In this document: positions 52,311 through 61,523 of the stretch, piece after piece
Layout of the letters: each line of letters begins with the position of its first letter
Position numbering within the stretch: position 1 is the first letter of the stretch
IMG/VR virus record: IMGVR_UViG_3300009408_000003
Span: 32,001-96,000 of that record
Source of the DNA: a virus
Direction: 5' to 3' (one strand)
DNA: 64,000 bases
Notes under the pieces: model-generated
The model's database searches: none
The model's input: only the letters and a program-made list of their open reading frames with translations
What the model was told of the DNA's origin: nothing
Position numbers and translations under genes: made by a program

Positions 52311-52666
52311 TTTTTTATTTTTATGAAATATTTTAAGGCTTTATTTATTTCTTTTACAATTCCTTGTATCAGGCTAAGATGGAGTAACTTCCCAAAAGTG
52401 TTTTCCATCAATATCTTCTCTATATCATTTTCTCTTACACATTGTTTCGTAGGCAACTTCACTTCGTTACTACCAGCAACGGTTATAGTTAATTTTTTAA
52501 CTAACTTTAATTCTTCAATTATAGCTTGTCCAATTCTATAACTATCATTTTTTGCATTTGTTTCAATAAAATGCATTGCTCTTGTAATAATTTTGTTTTT
52601 TATTTCTTGTGTCATAATATTTTGTTTACGTTTATATAAGCTAATACTTATTTTTGAATTTACCAA
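52307..52666 (-). CDS. Hypothetical protein
   Basis: ORF overlapping the next gene's start. Confidence 0.5.
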   Translation of the reverse strand: MVNSKISISLYKRKQNIMTQEIKNKIITRAMHFIETNAKNDSYRIGQAIIEELKLVKKLTITVAGSNEVKLPTKQCVRENDIEKILMENTFGKLLHLSLIQGIVKEINKALKYFIKIKK

Positions 52667-52769
52667 ATAAATTAGTATTAAATTATACCTGATGAGGTAT
52701 GATTAGTAGTAATACATACTTAATTATACCCGTTAGGTGTTTAAACAGATTTCCAAATTTTTCTCATTT

Positions 52770-52967
52770 TTAAATTGTTTCTACGTTAGTCCAAGCAGCT
52801 ATATAAATTTTATTTCCATTTTCATCTTTACCATTGCAATGCATTCCATCAACTCTAAATATTGTAATTATATCGCCGTTTTTTAAACCGACTGAACCAG
52901 GCGGAGTTTTTATGCTTTCATCAACTATTTTTACTTTAGTTCCGTAGTTAACATTATATGCTTTCAT
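52770..52967 (-). CDS. Hypothetical small beta (SH3-like) protein
   Basis: 65-aa ORF. Confidence 0.55.
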   Translation of the reverse strand: MKAYNVNYGTKVKIVDESIKTPPGSVGLKNGDIITIFRVDGMHCNGKDENGNKIYIAAWTNVETI

Positions 52968-53008
52968 AATTTATATTTTATTTTTAATGTTACATATTTA
53001 ATTAATGT

Positions 53009-53494
53009 TTACACATCAAAATGTATTGATTTATGGGCCTTGAATAAATCAATCATATTACTACCTTCAACTTTTTGTTTATCCCATAACTCTTCAAACA
53101 TTTTTTCATCTGGGAATCCAGTCGGAAATGCTTTCATAGTAAAATCTTCCCAAGAAATGTTTCGCTTATTATGTGATTTTGCCCAATATTGCAGGTAAAG
53201 AATATAAACCATACATTTACCTACGTTTCCATTTAAAAACATAAGAATAAATAGTTGTACTTTTTTTTCAATAATAATAGTAAACGTATTTTTTATTCTA
53301 CTTTCAATAGCTGATAGAACCCAACTTTTTTTCTTTACTTCTTCATACACTCCATCTATATTTTTAGGTGGTATAAGTGTTAAAGAAATCATTATATCTG
53401 TTTGCTCTTTAGTCATTAGATGTTTTGGTAATTTACCAAAAGGGTCTAATAATGTTTTTTCTAGTGAATTAGGTTTTAACTCTGATATTGTCAT
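53009..53494 (-). CDS. Hypothetical protein
   Basis: 161-aa ORF directly after the promoter at 53520-53550. Confidence 0.65.
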   Translation of the reverse strand: MTISELKPNSLEKTLLDPFGKLPKHLMTKEQTDIMISLTLIPPKNIDGVYEEVKKKSWVLSAIESRIKNTFTIIIEKKVQLFILMFLNGNVGKCMVYILYLQYWAKSHNKRNISWEDFTMKAFPTGFPDEKMFEELWDKQKVEGSNMIDLFKAHKSIHFDV

Positions 53495-53519
53495 TTTCTT
53501 TTATGTTTTAAAATTTAAT

Positions 53520-53550
53520 CAAATATACAAAAAAAATTGAGATATCCTAT
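53520..53550 (-). promoter_or_regulatory. Phage early/middle promoter overlapping a terminator hairpin
   Basis: ATAGGA-N17-TATATTTG inside a TGAGAT/ATCTCA hairpin. Confidence 0.65.
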
Positions 53551-53760
53551 TAAAATCTCATTTTTTTGAAATAATTTAATTATTTACATTTACATCTTTT
53601 CAAACAATTATTCCAATATAATGTACCACATTTTTTACAAGGTACAATATCATCTTGCATTGTTTCTTTAAATTCTTTCATAGTTTTAAAATCAAACCAT
53701 TCAAATTCAGACTGTAAAAATTTCTCTTTATCTTTTGTAACTATATTCATTTGTATTGTA

Positions 53761-53967
53761 TTAATCGTTATGCCAATGTGTTATTCCTGTTTTTTTAGCA
53801 TAATAATACCAAGTATTATGATCACTTACCATACTATAACCTAAATCAATCGTAATATTATATTCATTCGCCGGAATTCCAGTTTCATCAAATTTTAAAT
53901 AATCATCTTTTAAAATAAAAACTGGCGATATAGTTAATTTACTAAGATTATTATTAACTGTTTGCAT
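53761..53967 (-). CDS. Hypothetical protein
   Basis: Short ORF; may start further upstream. Confidence 0.4.
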   Translation of the reverse strand: MQTVNNNLSKLTISPVFILKDDYLKFDETGIPANEYNITIDLGYSMVSDHNTWYYYAKKTGITHWHND

Positions 53968-54103
53968 TGCATCGGTAGGTAATCCATGATGAGATATTTT
54001 TAATTAACTACCATTTAATGTAACAAAGGTTGCTCCAGAATGTCTTGTTTTTTTATGTTTAAATATTTGCTTAAAATTTTCCATTACTTTATTAATTATG
54101 TTA

Positions 54104-54310
54104 TTATTTTAATTTATTTAGTTTCTTCCTTAATTCAAAAAGTGAATCACTAGTTAGCAACTTTGCTCTAAGTTTTAGTTCTTTTGAACGTAACTTACTT
54201 GCATTAATATAATCTTCAGCTTTGATAAATCTTTCTTTTTCTCCTACTATTTGATTTAGTTCTAACACACATAATAACTGAGATGCTACTGTTTTTAATA
54301 CTGTTTCCAT
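54104..54310 (-). CDS. Hypothetical protein with UVR-motif-like segment
   Basis: IKAEDYINASKLRSKE resembles the UvrB/C coiled-coil motif. Confidence 0.45.
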   Translation of the reverse strand: METVLKTVASQLLCVLELNQIVGEKERFIKAEDYINASKLRSKELKLRAKLLTSDSLFELRKKLNKLK

Positions 54311-54471
54311 ATTGTAATTATATAATTTATTTTTTTAAAATGTTACTTACTATAAATGTATCACAAAAGTTCTGATAACCATTTGTATTTATTCCGTCAA
54401 TTTCTATATTATCTATTTTTGTATAATCCATAATAATTTAATTTAAGTTATATTTCTTTATTATAGTTAAT

Positions 54472-54504
54472 CAAATATACGAAAAAAAAGTGAGAAATCC
54501 TAAT
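54472..54504 (-). promoter_or_regulatory. Phage early/middle promoter overlapping a terminator hairpin
   Basis: TTAGGA-N18-TATATTTG inside an AAAAAAAGTG/CACTTTTTTT hairpin. Confidence 0.7.
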
Positions 54505-54538
54505 TATATCCCACTTTTTTTATTTTTTTTTAAATTAA

Positions 54539-55471
54539 TTATTGGTATTCATAAAGTATTTTTAAAAGCTCACTTAGTGCTTCGTGTCTATGATTATCCT
54601 TTAAACTAACTGTAAATACATATTTAGATTCTTTCAATTTAGCTATTTCATGAATTGCTGAATCATTGTTATATTTTAAATCAATTTGATAATAATCGCC
54701 AGTTAGTATCATAGTTGAGTTTTTACCCAATCTACTAATAGCCATTCCTAACTGTTGTTTAGTTAAATTTTGAAATTCATCTACGATTACAATCGCGTTA
54801 TCAAAAGTTCTACCTCTAAAATGCGATAGTGAAACTAACTCTATATTTTCATCGCTTTCCATTTTTGCCAAAATTGCTGGTTTATTATAAACCTTTCTCA
54901 TGTTTGAACGAATAGGAACTAACCATGGCTCCATTTTTTCATTTAGTGATCCTGGTAAATATCCGTTATCTTCGTTTGATACCGTAGGTCTAGTTATAAT
55001 TATTTTATTTACATTTCGTTGGAAGAACTGATCTAGTGCAACTTGAACTGCTAAAAGTGTATTATGGTGAATTATTTTATTAGTAGTTTGGTATAAATGA
55101 GTTTTGTTATTAATTTCAAAATCAAATACTTTTTCGTTAGGTTGAATTTCTAAATTAGTAATTGTTGATTTTATTCCATTTGACTTAATTAAAGAATCAT
55201 TTATTTTTAAATCATTTACTGATTTACAATGTATTGTATCATAACAAATTTTATGATTTAATGCAGTTCTAAAAACTTCATTGCTAGTAGTTATTTTACA
55301 TATATCATCATGTTTAAAAATAATTCCGTTTATGTTTGTCCATTTATTTTTTTCGTCTTGTATTTGAATATTAGTTTTTTGAAAGTATTCTTTATTTTCT
55401 TCAAATTTAATATTTTCATATTTTTTAATCGCATCAAATAAATTACCAATTTCAATAGTTACTTTTTTCAT
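54539..55471 (-). CDS. phoH: PhoH-like ATPase C-extein preceded by a 137-aa C-intein
   Basis: ...VFDFEINNKTHLYQTTNKIIHHN then TLLAVQVA; ITRPTV, GYLPGSL, RGRTF, IVDEFQN, LTGD. Confidence 0.9.
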   Translation of the reverse strand: MKKVTIEIGNLFDAIKKYENIKFEENKEYFQKTNIQIQDEKNKWTNINGIIFKHDDICKITTSNEVFRTALNHKICYDTIHCKSVNDLKINDSLIKSNGIKSTITNLEIQPNEKVFDFEINNKTHLYQTTNKIIHHNTLLAVQVALDQFFQRNVNKIIITRPTVSNEDNGYLPGSLNEKMEPWLVPIRSNMRKVYNKPAILAKMESDENIELVSLSHFRGRTFDNAIVIVDEFQNLTKQQLGMAISRLGKNSTMILTGDYYQIDLKYNNDSAIHEIAKLKESKYVFTVSLKDNHRHEALSELLKILYEYQ

Positions 55472-55652
55472 ATTTTTTGTATAAATTTGAATTTAATAAA
55501 TTTTTCAATTTCGGATTAGCTAATTATATTTTAGTTTTTATTTATCCGATTTTTGCTGTGTTTTTGACTTTATTAAGGTAGTTGTTTTGAACCAAAAATT
55601 CATAAAATTTATCATCTATTTTAATATCAATTTCAGATTCATATGTAATACA
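55061..55652 (-). mobile_element. Naturally split mini-intein (IntN 55545-55652; IntC 55061-55471)
   Basis: Cys1 follows GSGK; HN followed by +1 Thr at the end; the halves are in separate ORFs with a 70-nt gap; no endonuclease. Confidence 0.85.
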
Positions 55653-55793
55653 TTTACCACTACCTGCTTTACCAGTTATAAAAGTATATGGATGTGTTAA
55701 TATTTTAGCCTTTGCTAATTTTTGTTCTTCTGATAATGTGATAGTAAATTTTACTTTGCTTTTAGGAGGTTGTTTTTTAATATTTTCCTTCAT
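55542..55793 (-). CDS. phoH: PhoH-like ATPase N-extein followed by a 36-aa N-intein
   Basis: LSEEQK...ITGKAGSGK then CITYESEIDIKID..., then stop. Confidence 0.88.
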   Translation of the reverse strand: MKENIKKQPPKSKVKFTITLSEEQKLAKAKILTHPYTFITGKAGSGKCITYESEIDIKIDDKFYEFLVQNNYLNKVKNTAKIG

Positions 55794-55833
55794 ATTAGTT
55801 TAATTAAAATGATTAAAATTAGATTAGTGTGTA

Positions 55834-56190
55834 CTATTTTTGTAATGAAGTATTGTAGATTGTGCTAGTTTCACTACTATGCTGTTTATTTTTTATTTTT
55901 ATTATGTTTGCGCATTGTTCATAGTTTTCAATACTTTTAAAATAATTTAAACAATGGATTAATACTTCATCATAATTATTTTTTTCTATAATTACAACCG
56001 ATGATACATTGGGATGCACTAATAATATTATTTCAGATAAATTTTCATCTATTGCGGTATCAATAGCTTTAACTATTTGAGTAAATACATTATTACCACA
56101 TGATTTTATAAAATTACTAACACGTGGTTTATTGGTTGGATCTAAATATTTTCGCCAACCTACTCTTGAATATATATTTCTATTTATCAT
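55834..56190 (-). CDS. Hypothetical protein
   Basis: 118-aa ORF ending in an ENYEQCA motif. Confidence 0.6.
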   Translation of the reverse strand: MINRNIYSRVGWRKYLDPTNKPRVSNFIKSCGNNVFTQIVKAIDTAIDENLSEIILLVHPNVSSVVIIEKNNYDEVLIHCLNYFKSIENYEQCANIIKIKNKQHSSETSTIYNTSLQK

Positions 56191-56246
56191 ACGATTATAA
56201 ATATTAAAAATTATAAATAGTAATTAAATTAATTGTGATATTTGTC

Positions 56247-57080
56247 TTAATTTGCTTGTTCAAGTAGTACCCATTTTTTTCCAGTCCACTTATATAAGTT
56301 GCCAGTAGTATCAACTTGTCTAACTTCATCAACATAAGTACCACCGCTATCAAATGGAAAATATGTTCTTAATATTGATTTAAACTTTATTATATTGCTA
56401 CTGATACTAACTGATGCATCATTTGAATTTTTTACTGAAGTAATTGCAGTAGGTTCTGGTGTTGCAGTTTTAGGATTTCCGAGTACTAAATCTGAACTTA
56501 CTTTATTCAAATCAAGATTTTTCAATTCTTCTGAATGATCAAATCCAAGTTTACTAGTGGTTTCCACCAACCATCCACCAAAGGTAGAAACTGGTCTAAG
56601 TTTATCATCTGAACTTACTATCCAATTAATATGTTTTATAACAGATTCTTTATCATTTATCGTGTTTACCACACTAACTTCTGCATATTCTTCGGGTATT
56701 TTAAATTTAGGTAAATTCCAATATCTTGATAATTTAAAAAAGTCAATTTCAGCTATAGTTACATTATTTCTATTAAAAAACGGTTGATTTTGTTGAACAG
56801 CTTTATATAAGTCTCGCAAAAGAGCACTAGAAATCCAATCTTCAAATTTAGTTTTTTGTTCATCAATATAAAATCTAATGATAAATCTAAACGAAATTGT
56901 TGGATTGGTTTTTAGTGTACCTAATTTTAAATCATCTAATGGTACATTAATAAATTTTATAAAATTTTTGGGATATTTTCCAGTAAATTTAATTGAATCA
57001 TTATCTGCTGTATAAGAATTTTCGACAGCAATATTTTCTGGATATTTATCTCGTAATTCGTTTAATCCTTTATATTTCAT
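56247..57080 (-). CDS. Hypothetical protein
   Basis: 277-aa ORF preceded by ATATTTATA. Confidence 0.6.
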   Translation of the reverse strand: MKYKGLNELRDKYPENIAVENSYTADNDSIKFTGKYPKNFIKFINVPLDDLKLGTLKTNPTISFRFIIRFYIDEQKTKFEDWISSALLRDLYKAVQQNQPFFNRNNVTIAEIDFFKLSRYWNLPKFKIPEEYAEVSVVNTINDKESVIKHINWIVSSDDKLRPVSTFGGWLVETTSKLGFDHSEELKNLDLNKVSSDLVLGNPKTATPEPTAITSVKNSNDASVSISSNIIKFKSILRTYFPFDSGGTYVDEVRQVDTTGNLYKWTGKKWVLLEQAN

Positions 57081-57125
57081 ATATATAAATATGAAAGAAA
57101 AACAATTATTGCTGTTAGGAATAAT

Positions 57126-57332
57126 TTAAATATCCTCGTATTCAGGTTCTTTTATTTCATTACAAAAATAATATACTCCAGTTTTACCAGTTTTAAATGC
57201 TGATTCACACCCCAAGTATTTTTTCATAGCATCGAGATTAGTAATTTGTTCAATTGGAGCTATTGCATGTATTAAGTATGGAGTTTTATTTATATATTGG
57301 ATCGGTCTATAACGATTTATAAAAATTTTCAT
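57126..57332 (-). CDS. Hypothetical protein
   Basis: 68-aa ORF. Confidence 0.55.
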   Translation of the reverse strand: MKIFINRYRPIQYINKTPYLIHAIAPIEQITNLDAMKKYLGCESAFKTGKTGVYYFCNEIKEPEYEDI

Positions 57333-57352
57333 AATTTAAAAAAGATGTTTAT

Positions 57353-57595
57353 TTAATTCATTCCGGCTATAGAATACACGTGTCTACGTAACTCTAAACC
57401 TGGATATTTTTTATTATAGTGTATATCTAATACTATATTTTTACATACTACATCAAAATCTATTGGTATATTACGTATCGATGAAACTTCTTTATAAAAA
57501 TCAATAATGTAAGTTTTTAATTTATCGGTTATTTTTATCCCATATTTATCAGCCCAATAATCAATAATATTATTATATTCGAAATCGTATGTCAT
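57353..57595 (-). CDS. Hypothetical protein
   Basis: 80-aa ORF. Confidence 0.55.
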   Translation of the reverse strand: MTYDFEYNNIIDYWADKYGIKITDKLKTYIIDFYKEVSSIRNIPIDFDVVCKNIVLDIHYNKKYPGLELRRHVYSIAGMN

Positions 57596-57831
57596 TACAT
57601 AAATTTTTTAAATGGATGTGTTTTCCGTTCTATTTCCTTTTTTATTTCGGCGAGTTCTTTTGGACTATGTGGTTTACACCACGTATCCCATTCGATTGAT
57701 GCCAAATAAGATTTCCAAGCTCCTTTATAAATATTGTAAAATTTATCTTCAGCAATTTCTTGTGGAGTTCTACTACCTTTATAATTAGCATCACGCTCTA
57801 ATTCATCAATATCAATATAATTATAACTCAT
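57595..57831 (-). CDS. Hypothetical protein
   Basis: 78-aa ORF with 1-nt overlap. Confidence 0.55.
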   Translation of the reverse strand: MSYNYIDIDELERDANYKGSRTPQEIAEDKFYNIYKGAWKSYLASIEWDTWCKPHSPKELAEIKKEIERKTHPFKKFM

Positions 57832-58000
57832 TATATATTATTGTAACGTCTTTTATCAAACCATAAACTTCTCTTTGTTCGGCTTATACCGGTCAATTTA
57901 GACATTTTTTGATTTAATCTTTCTCGTGTATCTACTATATTTTTATCTTGTATATACATAATTTTTTGGTTTAATTATTTATTTATTAAATAAAGGTACA

Positions 58001-58030
58001 AAATAAAAGTGAGAATTCTCACTTTTATTT
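58001..58030. terminator. Perfect 30-bp palindrome, terminator after the TROVE gene
   Basis: AAATAAAAGTGAGAATTCTCACTTTTATTT, 2 nt beyond the TROVE stop. Confidence 0.75.
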
Positions 58031-58032
58031 AA

Positions 58033-59652
58033 TTATATTTCGATGGTTTCTATTTCCTTAATTAATTTAGTATAACCTTTAGAGTTAATTTCAATTATAT
58101 CAAATATTCTTTCAGACCATCCAGCAATTTGAGTAACGTTTAATGCTCTATTAAAGACTGATTTTCCACCGGTTGCTCGTATGTTTACTGAAACAGTATT
58201 ACATTTAGGGTTTATTAATTTAAATTTTTTAAACAATGATTGAAATGTTCCTAATCCTGCTCTTGATGAATAATCCCATCTACCTTCACCACCATGTCCA
58301 ATAACCATATCAGAAAATATAACTAAATTATCAACTTTAGTTTTATTTTTAATAACGTCACGCAAGAAGTAATACAACCCATTTTCAGTTGCTCCACCAC
58401 AATTTCTACCCATTTTAAATGAATCTCTATTATGTTCTAATAATCCTTTTGTTCTATCCATTGGTACTAATATTAATCTATCGCCAAATAATCCAACATA
58501 TACATTTTTTTGAGAATATGCTAACATTGAACCAAATAGGTTTCCAATCATTGCAGTTGTAGTTTTTGAAAATGCTGATACCTTACTTGAACCGCCACCA
58601 TCACCACGTACTGAACCGGAGTGGTCAATTAATACTGCAGTATTACCTTCTAACATTGGAATATTTTCAACTGAATATTCTAAAGCTGTTTCTAGTCCTT
58701 TCAATATTTTAGTTTTAAGTTCATCCATGTTTGGTATTGTATCGCCTTCAAACACAATTTTACTTTTGTTATATTTAGAAACCCCAACCTTTTCAATTTC
58801 AGTATATGCCGATGCAAATCTGAATGGTAATAATTTTGATTTTAATACCTTTCTTTTGTTAGTTAATTGAGATACTGCTTCATCAACTTTATTTGGAGCT
58901 AATGTTAAAATGTTTCTTAGATTTCTAACTAAATTCATCATAGGCATACCTTGTACATTTTCAATCACATTTGTAATTGCTTCTTTTTTGGTTTCCTTAA
59001 CATCTTTTCCGGTTTCTTTAGCTGTTTTACCAGCTTTAGTCATTTCTTTTTCAAAGATTTTAGATGAATATAATCCGTCTAAAGATTCGCCATTCATTAA
59101 TCTTTTGTATGCTTCCGCATTAACTTGTGTACCTTTTGGGTGCATTAAGTTAACTAAATCAACTAAAGAAATTTCTTTCTTCTCCATTTTGTATTTATCA
59201 ATTAAATATGGATCTAATGATTCCAATTTTAATTTGAATCCTCGTTTAATTGAATTAGCAATTTTTGTACTTCCTTTTGAGAAATAATAAGCTAAGATTT
59301 CACTCATATCATCTGGTCTTTGTGCGATTTTTTTATAAAATCTTGAAGCATATGATTTTCCGGATAATCTTGGTGCTAATTCTCCTGATAACAAGTGAGT
59401 AACAGAACGCATGTGTGAATCATGTCTTAAATACAATGCAAATTTAGCAACAAATTTTTCATCAACCTTTTTTATTGCTTCTTTAATTCTATTTACAATT
59501 TCATTTTCACTTTCGTAATATGAACGTTGTAAAAAGGTAGTTAAACAAGTTGCTAACAAATCTTCTTTTGCAGTTAGTTTATAAGCTTTTTCACCCATTT
59601 CATTTATAGTAGTTGGTACTACTTTTGGTTTTCTTTTGTTAAATTTTGACAT
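58033..59652 (-). CDS. TROVE-domain Ro60/Rsr-like RNA-binding protein with C-terminal vWA domain
   Basis: NEMGEKAY, FVAKFALYLR...MRSV, RPDDMSEIL, YLIDKYK, MMNLVRNLRNI, SKLLPFRFASAY, MIDAS IDHSGS, FSDM, GWSERIF. Confidence 0.9.
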   Translation of the reverse strand: MSKFNKRKPKVVPTTINEMGEKAYKLTAKEDLLATCLTTFLQRSYYESENEIVNRIKEAIKKVDEKFVAKFALYLRHDSHMRSVTHLLSGELAPRLSGKSYASRFYKKIAQRPDDMSEILAYYFSKGSTKIANSIKRGFKLKLESLDPYLIDKYKMEKKEISLVDLVNLMHPKGTQVNAEAYKRLMNGESLDGLYSSKIFEKEMTKAGKTAKETGKDVKETKKEAITNVIENVQGMPMMNLVRNLRNILTLAPNKVDEAVSQLTNKRKVLKSKLLPFRFASAYTEIEKVGVSKYNKSKIVFEGDTIPNMDELKTKILKGLETALEYSVENIPMLEGNTAVLIDHSGSVRGDGGGSSKVSAFSKTTTAMIGNLFGSMLAYSQKNVYVGLFGDRLILVPMDRTKGLLEHNRDSFKMGRNCGGATENGLYYFLRDVIKNKTKVDNLVIFSDMVIGHGGEGRWDYSSRAGLGTFQSLFKKFKLINPKCNTVSVNIRATGGKSVFNRALNVTQIAGWSERIFDIIEINSKGYTKLIKEIETIEI

Positions 59653-59670
59653 AATTTTTATTGTTTTAAA

Positions 59671-60040
59671 TTAGTAATTTCTTTGTTTTTGTAATTTGTT
59701 TAACCAGTCTAATTCCTTAGCCGTTAATAATCGATAAAATCGTTTACCATTACTTTCATATCCATTGTTAAATAATGAAACGAATTCTTCGGGTGTATAT
59801 GTTCCATGACAATAATATAATCCATTAAGAATTACAATAGGGGTTGAAGTTGAATTAAACTGTTTTTGTAATTTTAATTTACCTACTGCATCTATAACAC
59901 CAATATGCGATTCGCTTCTCTAACCAAAATGCATCATTACCTTCGTGGATAATATCTACATTTTCATTTTCTGAATTTAATTGGGTTACAAATTTTCCAA
60001 TTAAACTCCTTATATCGTTTACTGTTATAATTTGTCTCAT
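59671..60040 (-). pseudogene. Frameshifted hypothetical gene
   Basis: ATG overlaps the upstream stop (ATGA). The first frame stops after 53 aa; a second frame open from 59919 to 59671 supplies a plausible C-terminus. Confidence 0.45.
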
Positions 60041-60543
60041 AATGTTAATAATTTTTCGATGTAATCGAACATTACTTCATATTCTTTGACATATATTTTA
60101 TTTTTTAAATTTGGAAATTCACTTTTATATTTTTTATACATTGATGAATTTGTCATTAATGAATACAATACATTTGATATTACATCACATAATTTCACAT
60201 ATATTGCTAATTTATTTTGTGATAAATTTAAAAAATAATTATCATTATGACGTTCTTTTCTATTTTTTCCCTTTTCATCCGTACACGCATAGATTAAATC
60301 CGCAACGGGAACACCAGCAATATTTCGTATATCATTATAAGTTACACGAGCATCTTCAATTAAATCATGCCCCCAAGCTCCCATTTCAGTAATCTGTACT
60401 TCTACTTTACTAGATAACAGATGTTTCCATTTTATTGATTGAGCAGTTACCATTTTTAGATGAAATGAATATGGTAAAGCTGTATCATATTTTTGGTTGC
60501 AGACAATATCATGCTGTTTAATACAATAATTTTTAAAATCCAT
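60037..60543 (-). CDS. RelA/SpoT-type HD domain, small alarmone hydrolase (SAH/Mesh1-like)
   Basis: PYSFHL, HDLIEDARVT, VADLIYACTD, VKLCDVISN; no synthetase domain. Confidence 0.8.
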   Translation of the reverse strand: MDFKNYCIKQHDIVCNQKYDTALPYSFHLKMVTAQSIKWKHLLSSKVEVQITEMGAWGHDLIEDARVTYNDIRNIAGVPVADLIYACTDEKGKNRKERHNDNYFLNLSQNKLAIYVKLCDVISNVLYSLMTNSSMYKKYKSEFPNLKNKIYVKEYEVMFDYIEKLLTL

Positions 60544-60907
60544 AATAATATTTTTTTTTATTTTATGATTATAATATCTAAAACGTATGCAATAAACAAG
60601 GTATAGATGCTATTGATATCAATTGAATAATTAAACCTGAAACTAAATATACCGAATCTTCATTAATCCAAAATTTAATATTAGTTAAACAGATAAAAAT
60701 ATACAATATTCCCACAAAAGGAAGATTCCATAAAATCAATTTAATTTTTTTCATTATTTATAAAATTAAAAATATATTATTATCCGTTTACAAACGTTTC
60801 CAATTTAGGTATAATTTCGTTTCTAATCTTGATTTTTGAATAAACTTAAATGTGTATTTTAGTGAATCATCAGTAGTTTTATAAGTGTATTCCATAATTT
60901 CTATTTT

Positions 60908-61225
60908 TTAATATGAACTAGATGGCCTTATTTGATTTTCTAAGAATGTAGTACTTTCAAATTCATCATCACTATGATTTGTTAATGAATGAAAATATTC
61001 AGATAATTCATTAGCCAAACCAACTAGTTTTGAATCGTCTCTCCAATTTTGGATAGTACAGTCATTCATAATTCTTCCTAGCATACCACCACCTAAATAA
61101 TTTTGATATGCGGTCATCAAACCACCTTCATATTTTCCATTATCTATTGTATCAAGTGCAATTTCAATTCCACCTCCTCTATGTGAATAATCTAATCTTT
61201 CAGTTATTTTTTCAAAATCTCTCAT
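60908..61225 (-). CDS. Hypothetical protein
   Basis: 105-aa ORF directly after the promoter at 61267-61299. Confidence 0.65.
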   Translation of the reverse strand: MRDFEKITERLDYSHRGGGIEIALDTIDNGKYEGGLMTAYQNYLGGGMLGRIMNDCTIQNWRDDSKLVGLANELSEYFHSLTNHSDDEFESTTFLENQIRPSSSY

Positions 61226-61266
61226 AATTTAAAATTTTAATGTTTATGTTTTAATAATTTATACTG

Positions 61267-61299
61267 TAAATATACAAAATATATTTCATATATCCTAAT
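61267..61299 (-). promoter_or_regulatory. Phage early/middle promoter
   Basis: TTAGGA-N18-TATATTTA, just after the RNA operon terminator. Confidence 0.65.
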
Positions 61300-61309
61300 T
61301 TATTTGCAT

Positions 61310-61348
61310 AAAAAAAAGGGACTAAAATTAACTAAAATTTTAATCCCC
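61310..61348 (-). terminator. Intrinsic terminator closing the tRNA/ncRNA operon
   Basis: GGGATTAAAATT/AATTTTAGTCCC stem followed by 8 U. Confidence 0.8.
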
Positions 61349-61464
61349 TATAGTTTAAACGATAATATCCGGCTTTTTAGAATTATCATGATTATTCATC
61401 ATAATTTTCACGTATTCGGTTTTATTAGATACTGGCTTTAATTATCGTTTATTTATTATAAGGG
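61346..61464 (-). ncRNA. Unknown structured small RNA (about 119 nt)
   Basis: TAAACGATAAT/ATTATCGTTTA 11-bp stem, CCCT-TATA/TATAGGG closing stem, internal ATTATGAT/ATCATGAT hairpin. Confidence 0.45.
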
Positions 61465-61523
61465 AAAAATTGATATGAGAATATATTAATTTAATTTCAA
61501 TACTTACCACTTATTATATTATT

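Noticed and set aside
17796-59922. TAG stop-codon reassignment (genetic code 15), suggested by in-frame TAGs at 17796 and 59920
   Set aside because: The longest ORFs (over 1250, 1640 and 1948 aa) contain no internal TAG, and TAG cleanly ends genes at 47958, 48349 and 55834. Both cases have a nearby frameshift that points to local decay.
3687-60392. Most other plus-strand ORFs and short nested minus-strand ORFs in the track
   Set aside because: They overlap well-supported minus-strand genes and have shadow-like composition; 12952-13149 is the only one kept
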